Origin: Chlorobiota bacterium
GTDB taxonomy: Bacteria; Bacteroidota; Bacteroidia; Bacteroidales; VadinHA17
Assembly (NCBI GenBank): GCA_013152085.1
Contig: JAADHC010000006.1
Span: 2,372 to 66,371, forward strand
Direction: 5' to 3'
DNA length: 64,000 nucleotides
Part shown: one piece after another, positions 17,482 to 27,376 of the stretch
How the letters are laid out: every line of letters starts with the position of its first letter
How positions within the stretch are numbered: position 1 is the first letter of the stretch
The notes under the pieces: generated by a model
The model's database searches: none
The model's input: the letters and a program-made list of their open reading frames with translations, nothing else
Told to the model about the DNA's origin: nothing
Position numbers and translations under genes: made by a program

Positions 17482-18651
17482 ATGAAAAGAGTACTTTACA
17501 TTTTCCTTTCACTGGTTATTCTTTCTTCCTGCGGAGGGTCTAAAAAACAATTGCAAAAAGGAAATTATGATATTGCCATTAATAAAGCCGTTAAGAAGTT
17601 GATGCGTAATCCCGATAGTTCCGACGACATTATGGTATTGGAAAGATCATATAAACTTGCCAATGAACAGGACCTGGAACAGATCAAATTCCTGAAAATG
17701 GAAGGGAAACCGGATAATTGGGATGCTATTCTTAATCATTATATGAATCTTAAAAACCGGCAGACAAAAGTACGTCCGGTCCTTCCGCTCAAACTGGGGA
17801 ATCGTACGGTAAATTTTGATTATGTGGATTATGATTCCGAGATCATTCAGGCCAAACACAAGGCAGCTGAGTACTTTTTTGCCCACGGCCAGAAACTCAT
17901 GAATAATGGCGATAAGGATTCTTACAGGCAAGCCTATTATGAATTCAGTAAGGTGAAAGACTATTGGGGGGATTATGAGAATATTGATAAGTTACTTAGT
18001 CTTTCGCGCTATTATGGGATGAGCCGTGTAATCGTAGCCATAGAGAATAATACCCAGTTAAAGTTATCCCCGCAGTTTCAGGACGAACTGCTGGCCATCG
18101 ATCCGGCAAACCTGAACACCGAATGGGTTGAATATTACACCAGACACCTGGATGACAGTGTAAATTATGACTATCAGGTCAATATCAGCCTGAATGTTAT
18201 TGCCGTTTCTCCCGATATGGTTTCGGAGAAAGATACGATTGAGAAAAAGCGTATAGAAAACGGCTTTGAATATGCCCTGGATCAAAATGGCAATGTTATG
18301 AAGGATACCGCCGGCAATGATATTAAGATCAAGAAGTACAAAGATATTACTTGCTCACTGGTCAAAACGATCCAGCAAAAAGATGTCACTATCCAGGGGA
18401 ATGTCGAGATATATTCGCTTTCACCCATGAAATTGCTGAAAAAGGATCCCATTGGTGCCAATAGTCATTTTGAACATTTCTCGGCACGTGCCATTGGAGA
18501 TGTCGATGCTCTTTCTGCAGAATCCCGCCAGATGATCAATGCCAAGAAGGTTCCGTTTCCTTCGGATGTGGAAATGATAATGCGTTGCAGTGAAAACCTG
18601 AAACAGGCGATTCGTGGAATACTCATGCAAAACAGGAGATTTATTTATTAG
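17482..18651 (+). CDS. Lipoprotein of unknown function
   Basis: 389 aa. Lipobox LSSCGG. I recognise no catalytic motifs. Confidence 0.6.
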   Translation: MKRVLYIFLSLVILSSCGGSKKQLQKGNYDIAINKAVKKLMRNPDSSDDIMVLERSYKLANEQDLEQIKFLKMEGKPDNWDAILNHYMNLKNRQTKVRPVLPLKLGNRTVNFDYVDYDSEIIQAKHKAAEYFFAHGQKLMNNGDKDSYRQAYYEFSKVKDYWGDYENIDKLLSLSRYYGMSRVIVAIENNTQLKLSPQFQDELLAIDPANLNTEWVEYYTRHLDDSVNYDYQVNISLNVIAVSPDMVSEKDTIEKKRIENGFEYALDQNGNVMKDTAGNDIKIKKYKDITCSLVKTIQQKDVTIQGNVEIYSLSPMKLLKKDPIGANSHFEHFSARAIGDVDALSAESRQMINAKKVPFPSDVEMIMRCSENLKQAIRGILMQNRRFIY

Positions 18652-18700
18652 TTTTATAGCATGTTTTTGAGGAAACTTTCATCCTCCCGGTCGAAAGAAG

Positions 18701-19891
18701 ATGAGTGAGCCAGAAAGTACCCGGGTTGAAAAAGCTGTACTCGTTGCAGTACAGGACCCTTTGCATCGTAATGAAGAAATCATTGATTATCTGGTTGAAC
18801 TGGCATTTCTTGCCACAACAGCAGGATGTAACCCGGTAAAACAATTTATCCAGAAAATAAACAAACCCAATCCACGCACCTTTATCGGCAGCGGAAAACT
18901 GGAGGAAATTAAACATTTTATCCGGGGTCATGCCGTAGATCTGGTTATTTTTGATGATGAACTTTCTCCCGCACAAGTGAGGAATATTGAACGGTTTCTG
19001 GATTGTCGTGTCCTGGACAGGGCAAACCTGATTCTGGATATCTTCGCTTCACGGGCCAAAACCGCACAGGCAAAAGCACAGGTCGAACTGGCACAATATG
19101 AGTATCTCCTGCCGCGGCTTGCCGGCCTCTGGACGCACCTGGAACGACAGCGCGGAGGGATTGGACTTCGCGGCCCGGGAGAACGGGAAATCGAAACCGA
19201 CCGGCGTATTGTCCGGGAAAGAATCTCCCGGCTGAAAAAAGAACTCTCCAGAATCGACAAACGGATGTCCCTGCAAAGAAAAAACAGGGGGAAACTTGTC
19301 CGGGTGGTGTTGATCGGTTATACCAATGTCGGGAAATCGACCCTGATGAATACTATTGGAAAGTCGGATGTCCTGGAGGAAAATAAACTTTTTGCCACCC
19401 TGGATACCACCGTACGCAAGGTCGTTATTAAAAACCTGACTTTTCTGTTATCGGATACGGTAGGGTTTATTCGAAAGCTCCCGCACCATCTTGTTGAGTC
19501 TTTCAAATCTACGCTAGATGAAGTGAGAGAAGCAGATTTATTGTTGCATGTTGTGGACATCTCACATCCCGGATTCGAAGAACAGATCCGTATTGTCAAT
19601 GAAACCCTGCATGATTTGGGTGCCGGTCGCAAACCGGTCATCCTGGTATTTAACAAAACAGATGCTTATTCTTTCCAGCCCAAAGACCCGGATGATCTGA
19701 CTCCTGTGCTGCCCGAAAACCTTACCCTGGACAACCTGAAAGATACCTGGATGAACAAGGATACATCCTTTCCTGTGGTGTTTATTTCGGCGCGTAAAAA
19801 ATGGAACTTAATGGAATTGAAAAAAATCCTGTATGAAAAGGTACGGGAGATCCATGTTAAACGATATCCGTACAACGATTTCTTATACTAA
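18701..19891 (+). CDS. hflX: GTPase HflX
   Basis: 396 aa. HflX N-domain, G1 GYTNVGKST, G3 DTVGF and G4 NKTD. Confidence 0.92.
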   Translation: MSEPESTRVEKAVLVAVQDPLHRNEEIIDYLVELAFLATTAGCNPVKQFIQKINKPNPRTFIGSGKLEEIKHFIRGHAVDLVIFDDELSPAQVRNIERFLDCRVLDRANLILDIFASRAKTAQAKAQVELAQYEYLLPRLAGLWTHLERQRGGIGLRGPGEREIETDRRIVRERISRLKKELSRIDKRMSLQRKNRGKLVRVVLIGYTNVGKSTLMNTIGKSDVLEENKLFATLDTTVRKVVIKNLTFLLSDTVGFIRKLPHHLVESFKSTLDEVREADLLLHVVDISHPGFEEQIRIVNETLHDLGAGRKPVILVFNKTDAYSFQPKDPDDLTPVLPENLTLDNLKDTWMNKDTSFPVVFISARKKWNLMELKKILYEKVREIHVKRYPYNDFLY

Positions 19892-20872
19892 ACCACGATG
19901 AACCAGATACTCGGCAATCTGAATTGTATTGGTGGCTGCTCCTTTTCTCAGATTATCTGCAACGATCCATAGATTAATCCCTTTTTTTCGGGAGTTATCC
20001 TTTCGTATCCGGCCGACAAAAACATCATCTTTGTCTTTTACGTTGAGTGGCATGGGATAAATATTATGTTTGGGATCGTCAAAAACCCGAACCCCGGGCG
20101 TATTGTTCAGCAGAAGTATTATGTCCTCCAACTCAAATCTTGAACGCAGATGGATATTCACCGATTCGGAGTGCCCTCCGGTAACAGGCACGCGTACAGC
20201 TGTTGCGGTAATCTTTAAGGACGGTTCGTCTAAAATCTTACGCGTTTCCAATACCAGCTTCATCTCTTCCCTGGTATAACCGTTATCGAGGAAAACATCA
20301 CAATGTGGCAGACAATTCATGTCTATGGGATGGGGATAAACCTGTGTTACGGCAATGCCTTTTCTTTCCCCGTATAATTGATCCATAGCCGCTTTCCCCG
20401 TCCCCGTAACTGACTGATATGTGGAAACTATGATACGTTTGATACCAAATTTACGGTGTAACGGAGCAAGAACCATGACCATCTGGATGGTGGAGCAATT
20501 CGGGTTGGCAATGATTTTTTCATGGCCGGTAAGGATATTTCCGTTAATCTCGGGAACAACCAGAGGGATATCCGGATCCATTCTCCATGCACTCGAGTTA
20601 TCAATCACAAAACAGCCGGTATCGGCAAATTTTGGTGCCATTTCACGTGACAATTTTCCACCGGCCGAAAAGAGTGCAATATCAGGTTTTCTTTTAATGG
20701 CAATATCAGGAGTCGCTATCGTATAATCTTGGTTCCTGAAACTTATGGTTTTTCCTGCCGATTTTTCAGATGCAACCGGGATCAGTTCATCCAGTGGGAA
20801 ACCCCTTTCTTCAAGGACTCGTAACATGGTTCTGCCAACAAGCCCTGTAACTCCGACAACTGCAACTTTCAT
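19883..20872 (-). CDS. asd: Aspartate-semialdehyde dehydrogenase
   Basis: 329 aa. MKVAVVGVTGLVG Rossmann start, active-site NPNCSTI and a C-terminal DNLRKGAA motif. Confidence 0.93.
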   Translation of the reverse strand: MKVAVVGVTGLVGRTMLRVLEERGFPLDELIPVASEKSAGKTISFRNQDYTIATPDIAIKRKPDIALFSAGGKLSREMAPKFADTGCFVIDNSSAWRMDPDIPLVVPEINGNILTGHEKIIANPNCSTIQMVMVLAPLHRKFGIKRIIVSTYQSVTGTGKAAMDQLYGERKGIAVTQVYPHPIDMNCLPHCDVFLDNGYTREEMKLVLETRKILDEPSLKITATAVRVPVTGGHSESVNIHLRSRFELEDIILLLNNTPGVRVFDDPKHNIYPMPLNVKDKDDVFVGRIRKDNSRKKGINLWIVADNLRKGAATNTIQIAEYLVHRGLV

Positions 20873-20958
20873 TCTTTAATTTTTTTTCTTAACTTACCTC
20901 AACCTTTCTGTTGGAAATCAGAAAACTGTTGGTACAAAAATAACTGTTTTTTATAACC

Positions 20959-23604
20959 ATGTGGCGCTGGTGGTTTATTTTAGTGCTTGTGCCGGCTACT
21001 CTGGCAAGAGGACAGATCACGGAAGATTTTGAAAGCGGGTTGGGCGGTTACTGGACACAGAGTATTCCGGGGCACTGGGGGGTGTCTGATATCCGTCCGG
21101 TGCATGGTCTCTTCTCCCTGCACCATCAGTATGATAATCCTTCTTCCGGACACGATCAGATTTCCATTCCTCTGGCCGGATTATCCTGGAACAGCGACAG
21201 CATTGTCTGGACATTTTATATCAGGTATGAATATATGCCTTCTTCAGTCAATAACTGGTCTGTTTTTCTCACTTCCGACCGGGATGCCGGCGGGATGTAT
21301 CCGCAAGCCGAGCCGGAAGCGTTTGTTGCCGGTGTAAATCTTAAAGGATCTGACGACCTGCTGAAACTCTGGAAACTTCACAACGGAACAACGGAGACAA
21401 TCATTACAACCTCACTAAACTGGCAGGAAACAGTAGGCAGCAACCCTTGTGGAGTTCGTGTAGTGAGAAAAAAAGACGGAACATGGATAATAAGGATCAA
21501 TGAAACTGCCGACGGTTTGTCATGGACCGTTGCCGGAACCGGTAACCATCTGCAAATCATGCCAGATTCTTTTTTTGGAATTTTCTATAAATATTCTTCC
21601 CAGCAGGACCGGAAATTCTGGTTTGATGATCTTACCATCGAAGGGAATTTTATTCCTGATACTACCTCACCTTCCGTAGACCTTTATCGTATCCCTGTTC
21701 CTACACAGATTGCTCTTTCATTTAACGAAGCTGTGAAGGTAAATGGAACGGATTCTTCCGTGATTTTCCGCCTGTCGCCCGGGAACATAACGGCAAAAAA
21801 CTTTACGGCTGTTTCTGCTGACAGTATCATGATCACATTTTCAGACAGTATGCAACCTGACACGGATTATCAGCTTCATATCACTCAGATTACTGATTTG
21901 GCAGGGAACTTTTTAAAAGATAGTATCATAAATATCATATTTCATCCTGTCCGCCCTTTTGACGTAGTGATTAATGAAATTATGGCTGACCCTGTTCCTT
22001 CGACAGGTTTACCGGAAGCCGAATACCTGGAGCTGTTTAACCGGACGGACTACCGGATTTGGATGGATCACTGGACGTTGTCTTTGGATAATAAGCGCAT
22101 TTCCCTGCCGCTATGCTACCTGGATCCCGGATCGTATCAGATTATCTGTAGTATGGATGATGCGGCTTTACTTTCTTCGTATGGACATATTCTGGTCCTG
22201 CCGGGTATGACATCTCTTAAGAATGAAGGGATGTCTGTCACCCTCAGAAATAAATCCTCGGCTGTGATCCATCATATCACTTATTCATCCCGGTGGTACG
22301 GGGATAAAACCAAATCCGGAGGTGGCTGGTCACTTGAACAGATCGATCCCTCATACCCCTGTCCAAGAGCCGAGAACTGGACCGCCTGTTCAAAATATCC
22401 GGGAGGGACACCGGGGCAGCAAAATTCCGTGTTCGCTGAAAATCCTGATATTACCCAACCGCTCCTGGCAAATATTTTTTTGGTCAATGATACAGTATTA
22501 CATCTCCGGTTTGACGAATCTTATGATACCGTTTTTGCAGCTTCACCTGAACATTATAGTGTAGATCATTCCGTTGGCCACCCTGCGTGTGTCATCCTTT
22601 ATGGCCCGGAGTATGGCTCTCTCGACCTGGTTTTCCGTTATCCTTTTGACAAGATGACCGTTTATAATCTTACTATAGATAATGCATTTACGGACTGTTC
22701 GGGAAATTCTCTCCGGGCCCCAACGTCCTTTTCGTTTTCTGCTACCGTTCCTGTCGATAGTTTTGGTCTTGTTATTAATGAGATTCTTTTTAATCCATAT
22801 CCGGATGGGGCCGATTATGTTGAAATATACAACCGTTCACAGGATATAGTTGATCTGAGTTCACTTTTATTAACGGGAAAGTCTGCAGAGACAGGTTTCC
22901 CCGTGGATATTCGCAGGATCACTACAGAACCGAGGATGCTTTTCCCCGGACATTTCATTTTGTTAACCTCTGATCCGGAAAATGTACAATCACATTATTT
23001 CACAGCTGATCCTGCTGTTTTTCTGGAGATGCCGGAACTACCTGCCATGCCCGACAAAGAAGGTGATATTCTCCTCCTGGATACTGCAGGACAAGTTATT
23101 GATGCGCTCCATTACCATGAGAATATGCATTTCCCGCTTATTGCTGATCCCGAAGGGGTTGCACTGGAGAGAATCCGCTACGATGCTCCTTCTGCCGATC
23201 CTTTCAACTGGCATTCCGCTTCTTCGGAATCGGGGTATGGTACCCCCGGTTTGCCCAATTCTCAGACAGGCGATGATATTACGAAGACCAACCCTGTCTT
23301 TACAGAACCTGAAATATTCTCACCCGACAATGACGGATATCATGATTATTTAACCATTCATTATCATTTTCCAAAGTCCGGGAATGTAGGGCGTGTTCTT
23401 GTTTTTAACGCCCGGGGACAATTGGTCAGAACCTTGCGTAATAATCATCTGCTGGATCGCGAAGGGATGATCACCTGGAATGGCCTGGATGATTATGGTA
23501 AAAAACCTGTCATGGGAATCTACCTGATCTATTTTGAGGTTTTTTCTCTGGATGGCAAGGTCAGCAGTTATAAAAGGACTTGTGTCCTGGCCGGAAAGCG
23601 ATAG
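20959..23604 (+). CDS. Large secreted protein with two lamin-tail (LTD) domains and a C-terminal T9SS-type sorting domain
   Basis: 881 aa with a signal peptide. The VINEI(M/L)..P......EY(L/V)E(L/I)(F/Y)NR LTD signature occurs twice. The C-terminal ~90 aa (FSPDNDGYHD...YKRTCVLA) resembles gliding-motility/CHU_C-type sorting domains. Confidence 0.7.
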   Translation: MWRWWFILVLVPATLARGQITEDFESGLGGYWTQSIPGHWGVSDIRPVHGLFSLHHQYDNPSSGHDQISIPLAGLSWNSDSIVWTFYIRYEYMPSSVNNWSVFLTSDRDAGGMYPQAEPEAFVAGVNLKGSDDLLKLWKLHNGTTETIITTSLNWQETVGSNPCGVRVVRKKDGTWIIRINETADGLSWTVAGTGNHLQIMPDSFFGIFYKYSSQQDRKFWFDDLTIEGNFIPDTTSPSVDLYRIPVPTQIALSFNEAVKVNGTDSSVIFRLSPGNITAKNFTAVSADSIMITFSDSMQPDTDYQLHITQITDLAGNFLKDSIINIIFHPVRPFDVVINEIMADPVPSTGLPEAEYLELFNRTDYRIWMDHWTLSLDNKRISLPLCYLDPGSYQIICSMDDAALLSSYGHILVLPGMTSLKNEGMSVTLRNKSSAVIHHITYSSRWYGDKTKSGGGWSLEQIDPSYPCPRAENWTACSKYPGGTPGQQNSVFAENPDITQPLLANIFLVNDTVLHLRFDESYDTVFAASPEHYSVDHSVGHPACVILYGPEYGSLDLVFRYPFDKMTVYNLTIDNAFTDCSGNSLRAPTSFSFSATVPVDSFGLVINEILFNPYPDGADYVEIYNRSQDIVDLSSLLLTGKSAETGFPVDIRRITTEPRMLFPGHFILLTSDPENVQSHYFTADPAVFLEMPELPAMPDKEGDILLLDTAGQVIDALHYHENMHFPLIADPEGVALERIRYDAPSADPFNWHSASSESGYGTPGLPNSQTGDDITKTNPVFTEPEIFSPDNDGYHDYLTIHYHFPKSGNVGRVLVFNARGQLVRTLRNNHLLDREGMITWNGLDDYGKKPVMGIYLIYFEVFSLDGKVSSYKRTCVLAGKR

Positions 23605-23808
23605 TTATTTTAAGCCCCTGACAATAAAATTCAGTCAGAAATCGTGCATAAAATCCTCTTAAAGAAAGTTCTCACTCCATATTTCAGGGCGGGGGAAACC
23701 GTTTCTTTTAATGTAATAAGTTTCAATCCCTGCGCTGAAGCCCGGGACCAGTGATTTCTTATTATACATTACCTTAATAAAAGGTGTCATAAAAATTAGA
23801 GTATGATC

Positions 23809-23842
23809 ATTTATCTACGTAGATATATCTACGTAGATAAAT
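23809..23842. repeat. Perfect 34-bp palindrome (two TCTACGTAGA half-palindromes separated by TATA)
   Basis: ATTTATCTACGTAGATATATCTACGTAGATAAAT equals its own reverse complement. It lies in a 394-nt ORF-poor gap between convergent genes. Confidence 0.95.
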
Positions 23843-23998
23843 TGTTCTTCATCCTTTCCGATATTCGCCGGAAATCAAAGTATTGCAAGCAGTTAGCCAT
23901 ATTCAAAAAGAGATCACATTATAAAATTATTCAAGGAACGGACTCTGCGTGTCGTTGAATTTCACCATTTTTCAGTAAATTCATAAATCGAATGCAGG

Positions 23999-24475
23999 TT
24001 AAAAGAGAGAAATATCTTTGCTGTTTATATAACCGGTATCTTCAAGCAGGGGTTCCGTATAGCTTGCCGTAACAGCCAGCTGGTCGCATCGTTCATTCCA
24101 CGGATTGTCATTGTGGCCTTTGATCCATATAAACCGGACATGATGTTTCCTGTAAATCACCAAAAAACGTTTCCACAGGTCCGGGTTTTTTTTCTTTTTG
24201 AATCCCTTTTTTTCCCAGTTGAAGACCCATCCTTTTTCTACCGCATCTGCCACATACCGGGAATCGGTGTAGAGGGTGACATTACTGGGGACAATTTTCA
24301 GCCTTTCCAGGGCGATGATCACGGCGAATAATTCCATACGATTGTTTGTGGTAAGCCGGTAACCCGCACTGAGTTCTTTACGGTGTTTTCCACTCATCAT
24401 AACGATACCGTATCCTCCCGGTCCGGGATTTCCGCGTGCTGCCCCATCGGTATATATGGTGATATCAGGGGGCAT
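23999..24475 (-). CDS. rnhA: Ribonuclease HI
   Basis: Start placed at MPPDITIYTDGAARGNPGPGGYG (158 aa). Motifs TNNRMEL, YTDS and GHNDNPWNERCDQLA. The longer ORF-track start at 24613 overlaps the MarC gene. Confidence 0.9.
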   Translation of the reverse strand: MPPDITIYTDGAARGNPGPGGYGIVMMSGKHRKELSAGYRLTTNNRMELFAVIIALERLKIVPSNVTLYTDSRYVADAVEKGWVFNWEKKGFKKKKNPDLWKRFLVIYRKHHVRFIWIKGHNDNPWNERCDQLAVTASYTEPLLEDTGYINSKDISLF

Positions 24476-25046
24476 TGGGAATTTGTATACCGGTATTACT
24501 GATGAATAGGCGGATCGCAATGGCCAGCAGGATAATGCCGAAAGCTTTTTGAAGGATATACAGTCCCGTTTTACCAAGTATCCTTTCAAAAAATCGGGTA
24601 GCCTTGAGTACAAAGTAAACTATGATCATATTCAGCAGCAGTGCAATGGCAATATTCATGGTATGGAATTCCGCTTTCAGGGATAACAGGGTTGTGATCG
24701 AACCGGCCCCGGCAATCAAAGGAAAGGCGATCGGGACAATGGAACCGCCTCCCTCCGGGTCATGTCGGAAGAACTGGATTCCCAGTACCATTTCCAGGCC
24801 CAGGAAAAGCAGGATGAATGATCCGGCAATAGCAAAAGAGGAGATATCCACACCGAAAAAACGGAGCAGGGGTTTCCCGATCAGCAGAAAGGCCAGCATA
24901 ATAGCGAAGGCTACCAGTGTGGCTTTTTCCGACTCGATTTCCCCGGTCTTACTTTTGATATCGATAATAATCGGTATCGAGCCGGTTATGTCGATTACGG
25001 CAAACAAAACCATAAAAGAGGCAAATATCTCCCTGTAATCAATCAT
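24465..25046 (-). CDS. MarC family (UPF0056) integral membrane protein
   Basis: Start placed at MIDYREIFASF (193 aa). Six hydrophobic segments. Overlaps the rnhA start by 11 nt, so the two are probably co-transcribed. Confidence 0.8.
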   Translation of the reverse strand: MIDYREIFASFMVLFAVIDITGSIPIIIDIKSKTGEIESEKATLVAFAIMLAFLLIGKPLLRFFGVDISSFAIAGSFILLFLGLEMVLGIQFFRHDPEGGGSIVPIAFPLIAGAGSITTLLSLKAEFHTMNIAIALLLNMIIVYFVLKATRFFERILGKTGLYILQKAFGIILLAIAIRLFISNTGIQIPNAP

Positions 25047-25088
25047 GGTTCGAATTTTAGGCAAAAGTACACAGCCTTTCCGAGGATA

Positions 25089-25126
25089 CAAAAAATAAGG
25101 AACCCCAGGTAAGAGGTTCCCTTATT
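25089..25126 (-). terminator. Rho-independent terminator after the S46 peptidase gene
   Basis: The minus strand has an 11-bp stem with one bulge (plus-strand arms 25094-25104 AATAAGGAACC and 25115-25126 GGTTCCCTTATT) and a 10-nt loop, followed by TTTTTG. Confidence 0.7.
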
Positions 25127-25147
25127 GTATTTTATAAAAAAATGAGA

Positions 25148-27295
25148 TTATTCAACCAGTGTCATTTCATCGACAATATGTTTAGCTCCGGCAAATTTGT
25201 CCATAATGAAAAGGACATAACGGATATCTACGGCAATACATTTTTGCAGTTTAGGTTCGAAGGTGATATCCCCGCTCATGGCTTCCCAGTTTCCATCAAA
25301 AGCCAACCCGAGGAGTTCGCCGTTGCCATTGATTACCGGAGATCCCGAATTTCCACCGGTAATATCATTGTTGGTTGTAAAACATACATGCATTACCCCG
25401 TTTTCTCCATACCGTCCAAAGTCTTTATCTTTATAAAGTTCCTTGAGCTTGTCCGGAACAATGAACTCATAATTGTTCGGATCTTCTTTTTCCATAACCC
25501 CTTTGAGGGTGGTAAAATATTTATAATGTACCGCATCTTTGGGATCATATCCACCCACCGTACCATAGGTTAACCGCATGGAAAAATTTGCATCCGGATA
25601 GAAAACCTTATCTGGCTGCATTTCCATTAGCCCGGCCATGTACAGGCGATGACCTTTATCCAGATCCTGGTCAAAACGGGCTTCCATCCGGGATAGGGCA
25701 TAGTACTGTCCGATAATGGATTGGGCGGCAACATAGGCAGGATCTTTTTGCAGAGTTTTCAGTTTCGGGTTTGCCAGAAAAGCATTGTAACGGTTCTGGT
25801 CGGTAAAAATGGATTTATCGAACATATGGTCGACATACTTATCAACATTGTTTTTATATTTCTTAGATATGGTTACAAATACATCTGGCTGCATATCGGG
25901 CTGGACGTGCTGAGAAAACAATTTAAACATCGCTTTCACCGCTTTCCGGTCTGTCGGCGGATTATAATCCTTGTAAAAACGTTCTGCAGAAGATTTTGCA
26001 TTTTCCACTGCTTTGGTAATTTTTTCCTGGTCACCGCTTTCGAGTGCACTCTCAAGACGGCCCTGGTGAAATGCGAAGCTCACAATTTCGCTACCCCGAA
26101 TCAGGGCTTCAACGATATATTGCTTTGTGTAGGTATAAGTAGCCCTGCCTTCGATGGCCTTTTTTATAAGATCCAAAGCTTCACCGTATTTCTGCTGACG
26201 TTGCGGATCGGCAGCAACCCAGGTGCGGAATTGATTTTCCATAGCTTTTTTCAAATCTTTAATTTTCAGCCTTTTCAATCCCTGGCTCTGGCCGATGGAA
26301 AATTTCCAGTAATTGCTGGAACCGGAATACTTGGATGCATATTGTATTCTGACTTTCTCACTGGCCATCATGTCTTTCCAGAGGATATCCTGCCGGGTTC
26401 CACGGATGAGAATTCTGTTAGGATGGGTAATTTTCAGCAATTCGTCAATTTCATATGAGGTCATGTATCGTTGAGTCCCTCCCGGATAGCCCAGAACCAT
26501 GGTAAAATCGTTTGGATGAACCCCTTTCAGGGAAACGGGTAGATAATGTTTTGGTTTGAGCGGAACATTTTCGGGATCATACTCTGCCGGAGTTCCGTCC
26601 GGGGCCATATAGACACGAAAAACACTAAAATCTCCTGTATGTCTCGGCCACATCCAGTTATCCGTGTCCCCGCCGAATTTGCCAATAGATGATGGGGGAG
26701 TTCCGACAAAGCGAACATCTTTAAAAATTTCATATACCAACAGGTAATAAGCGTTCCCGGCAAAGAAAGAACGGACGGAAGCTTCGTAGTTTGTGCTATC
26801 CGTAGCTTTTTTTTCCAGTTCCCTGCTGATTTCTTCTACTTTCTGGTCACGTTCTTCTTCGGTCAGCGTATCGCTGAGTTGCGGAAGGATCTGATCCGAT
26901 ACATCTTCGATACGGACAAGGAAAGTTACCGATAACCCCGGATTGGGCAGTTCGTCTTCTTTGGTTTTTGCCCAATACCCATCTTCAAGATAATTGTGCC
27001 CGGTAGTACTGTGCGACTGGATGCTGCTAAAACCGCAATGGTGGTTGGTAAGGAGCAGGCCCCGGTCTGAAACAATTTCACCTGTACAACCTCCGCCAAA
27101 GATGACGATGGCATCTTTAAGACTGGAATGATTTGCGCTGTAGATATCTTCAGCTGATAGTTTTAACCCCATCCGGGTCATGGTCCCGATATTCAGTTTT
27201 TCCAGCAACGGGAGCAACCACATGCCTTCATCGGCTTTAAGTATCGGAGCAATGGCAAACAATAGTCCGATAAAGAGAGATAAATGCTTTTTCAT
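25148..27295 (-). CDS. S46 family dipeptidyl-peptidase (DPP7/DPP11-like)
   Basis: 715 aa. The mature N-terminus has ADEGMWL. Also TNHHC (His), and a catalytic Ser in GGNSGSPV near the C-terminus. Confidence 0.9.
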   Translation of the reverse strand: MKKHLSLFIGLLFAIAPILKADEGMWLLPLLEKLNIGTMTRMGLKLSAEDIYSANHSSLKDAIVIFGGGCTGEIVSDRGLLLTNHHCGFSSIQSHSTTGHNYLEDGYWAKTKEDELPNPGLSVTFLVRIEDVSDQILPQLSDTLTEEERDQKVEEISRELEKKATDSTNYEASVRSFFAGNAYYLLVYEIFKDVRFVGTPPSSIGKFGGDTDNWMWPRHTGDFSVFRVYMAPDGTPAEYDPENVPLKPKHYLPVSLKGVHPNDFTMVLGYPGGTQRYMTSYEIDELLKITHPNRILIRGTRQDILWKDMMASEKVRIQYASKYSGSSNYWKFSIGQSQGLKRLKIKDLKKAMENQFRTWVAADPQRQQKYGEALDLIKKAIEGRATYTYTKQYIVEALIRGSEIVSFAFHQGRLESALESGDQEKITKAVENAKSSAERFYKDYNPPTDRKAVKAMFKLFSQHVQPDMQPDVFVTISKKYKNNVDKYVDHMFDKSIFTDQNRYNAFLANPKLKTLQKDPAYVAAQSIIGQYYALSRMEARFDQDLDKGHRLYMAGLMEMQPDKVFYPDANFSMRLTYGTVGGYDPKDAVHYKYFTTLKGVMEKEDPNNYEFIVPDKLKELYKDKDFGRYGENGVMHVCFTTNNDITGGNSGSPVINGNGELLGLAFDGNWEAMSGDITFEPKLQKCIAVDIRYVLFIMDKFAGAKHIVDEMTLVE

Positions 27296-27376
27296 ATGGA
27301 TTTGATTTTGTTGAAAAAATAGATTGAATATTTATACAAAGCAAAGATAAACGGATTATTTACATCACAAACTGTT

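Noticed and set aside
25721-26458. Long antisense ORFs inside well-supported genes. Examples are 25721..26458(+), 47983..48612(-), 41194..41694(-), 55189..55689(-), 60873..61349(-), 990..1403(-) and 28330..28851(+).
   Set aside because: Each lies entirely opposite a gene with strong family motifs (S46 peptidase, greA, phosphorylase, nupC, GH97, purD, GT). Their translations are low-complexity or unnatural and show no recognisable motifs.
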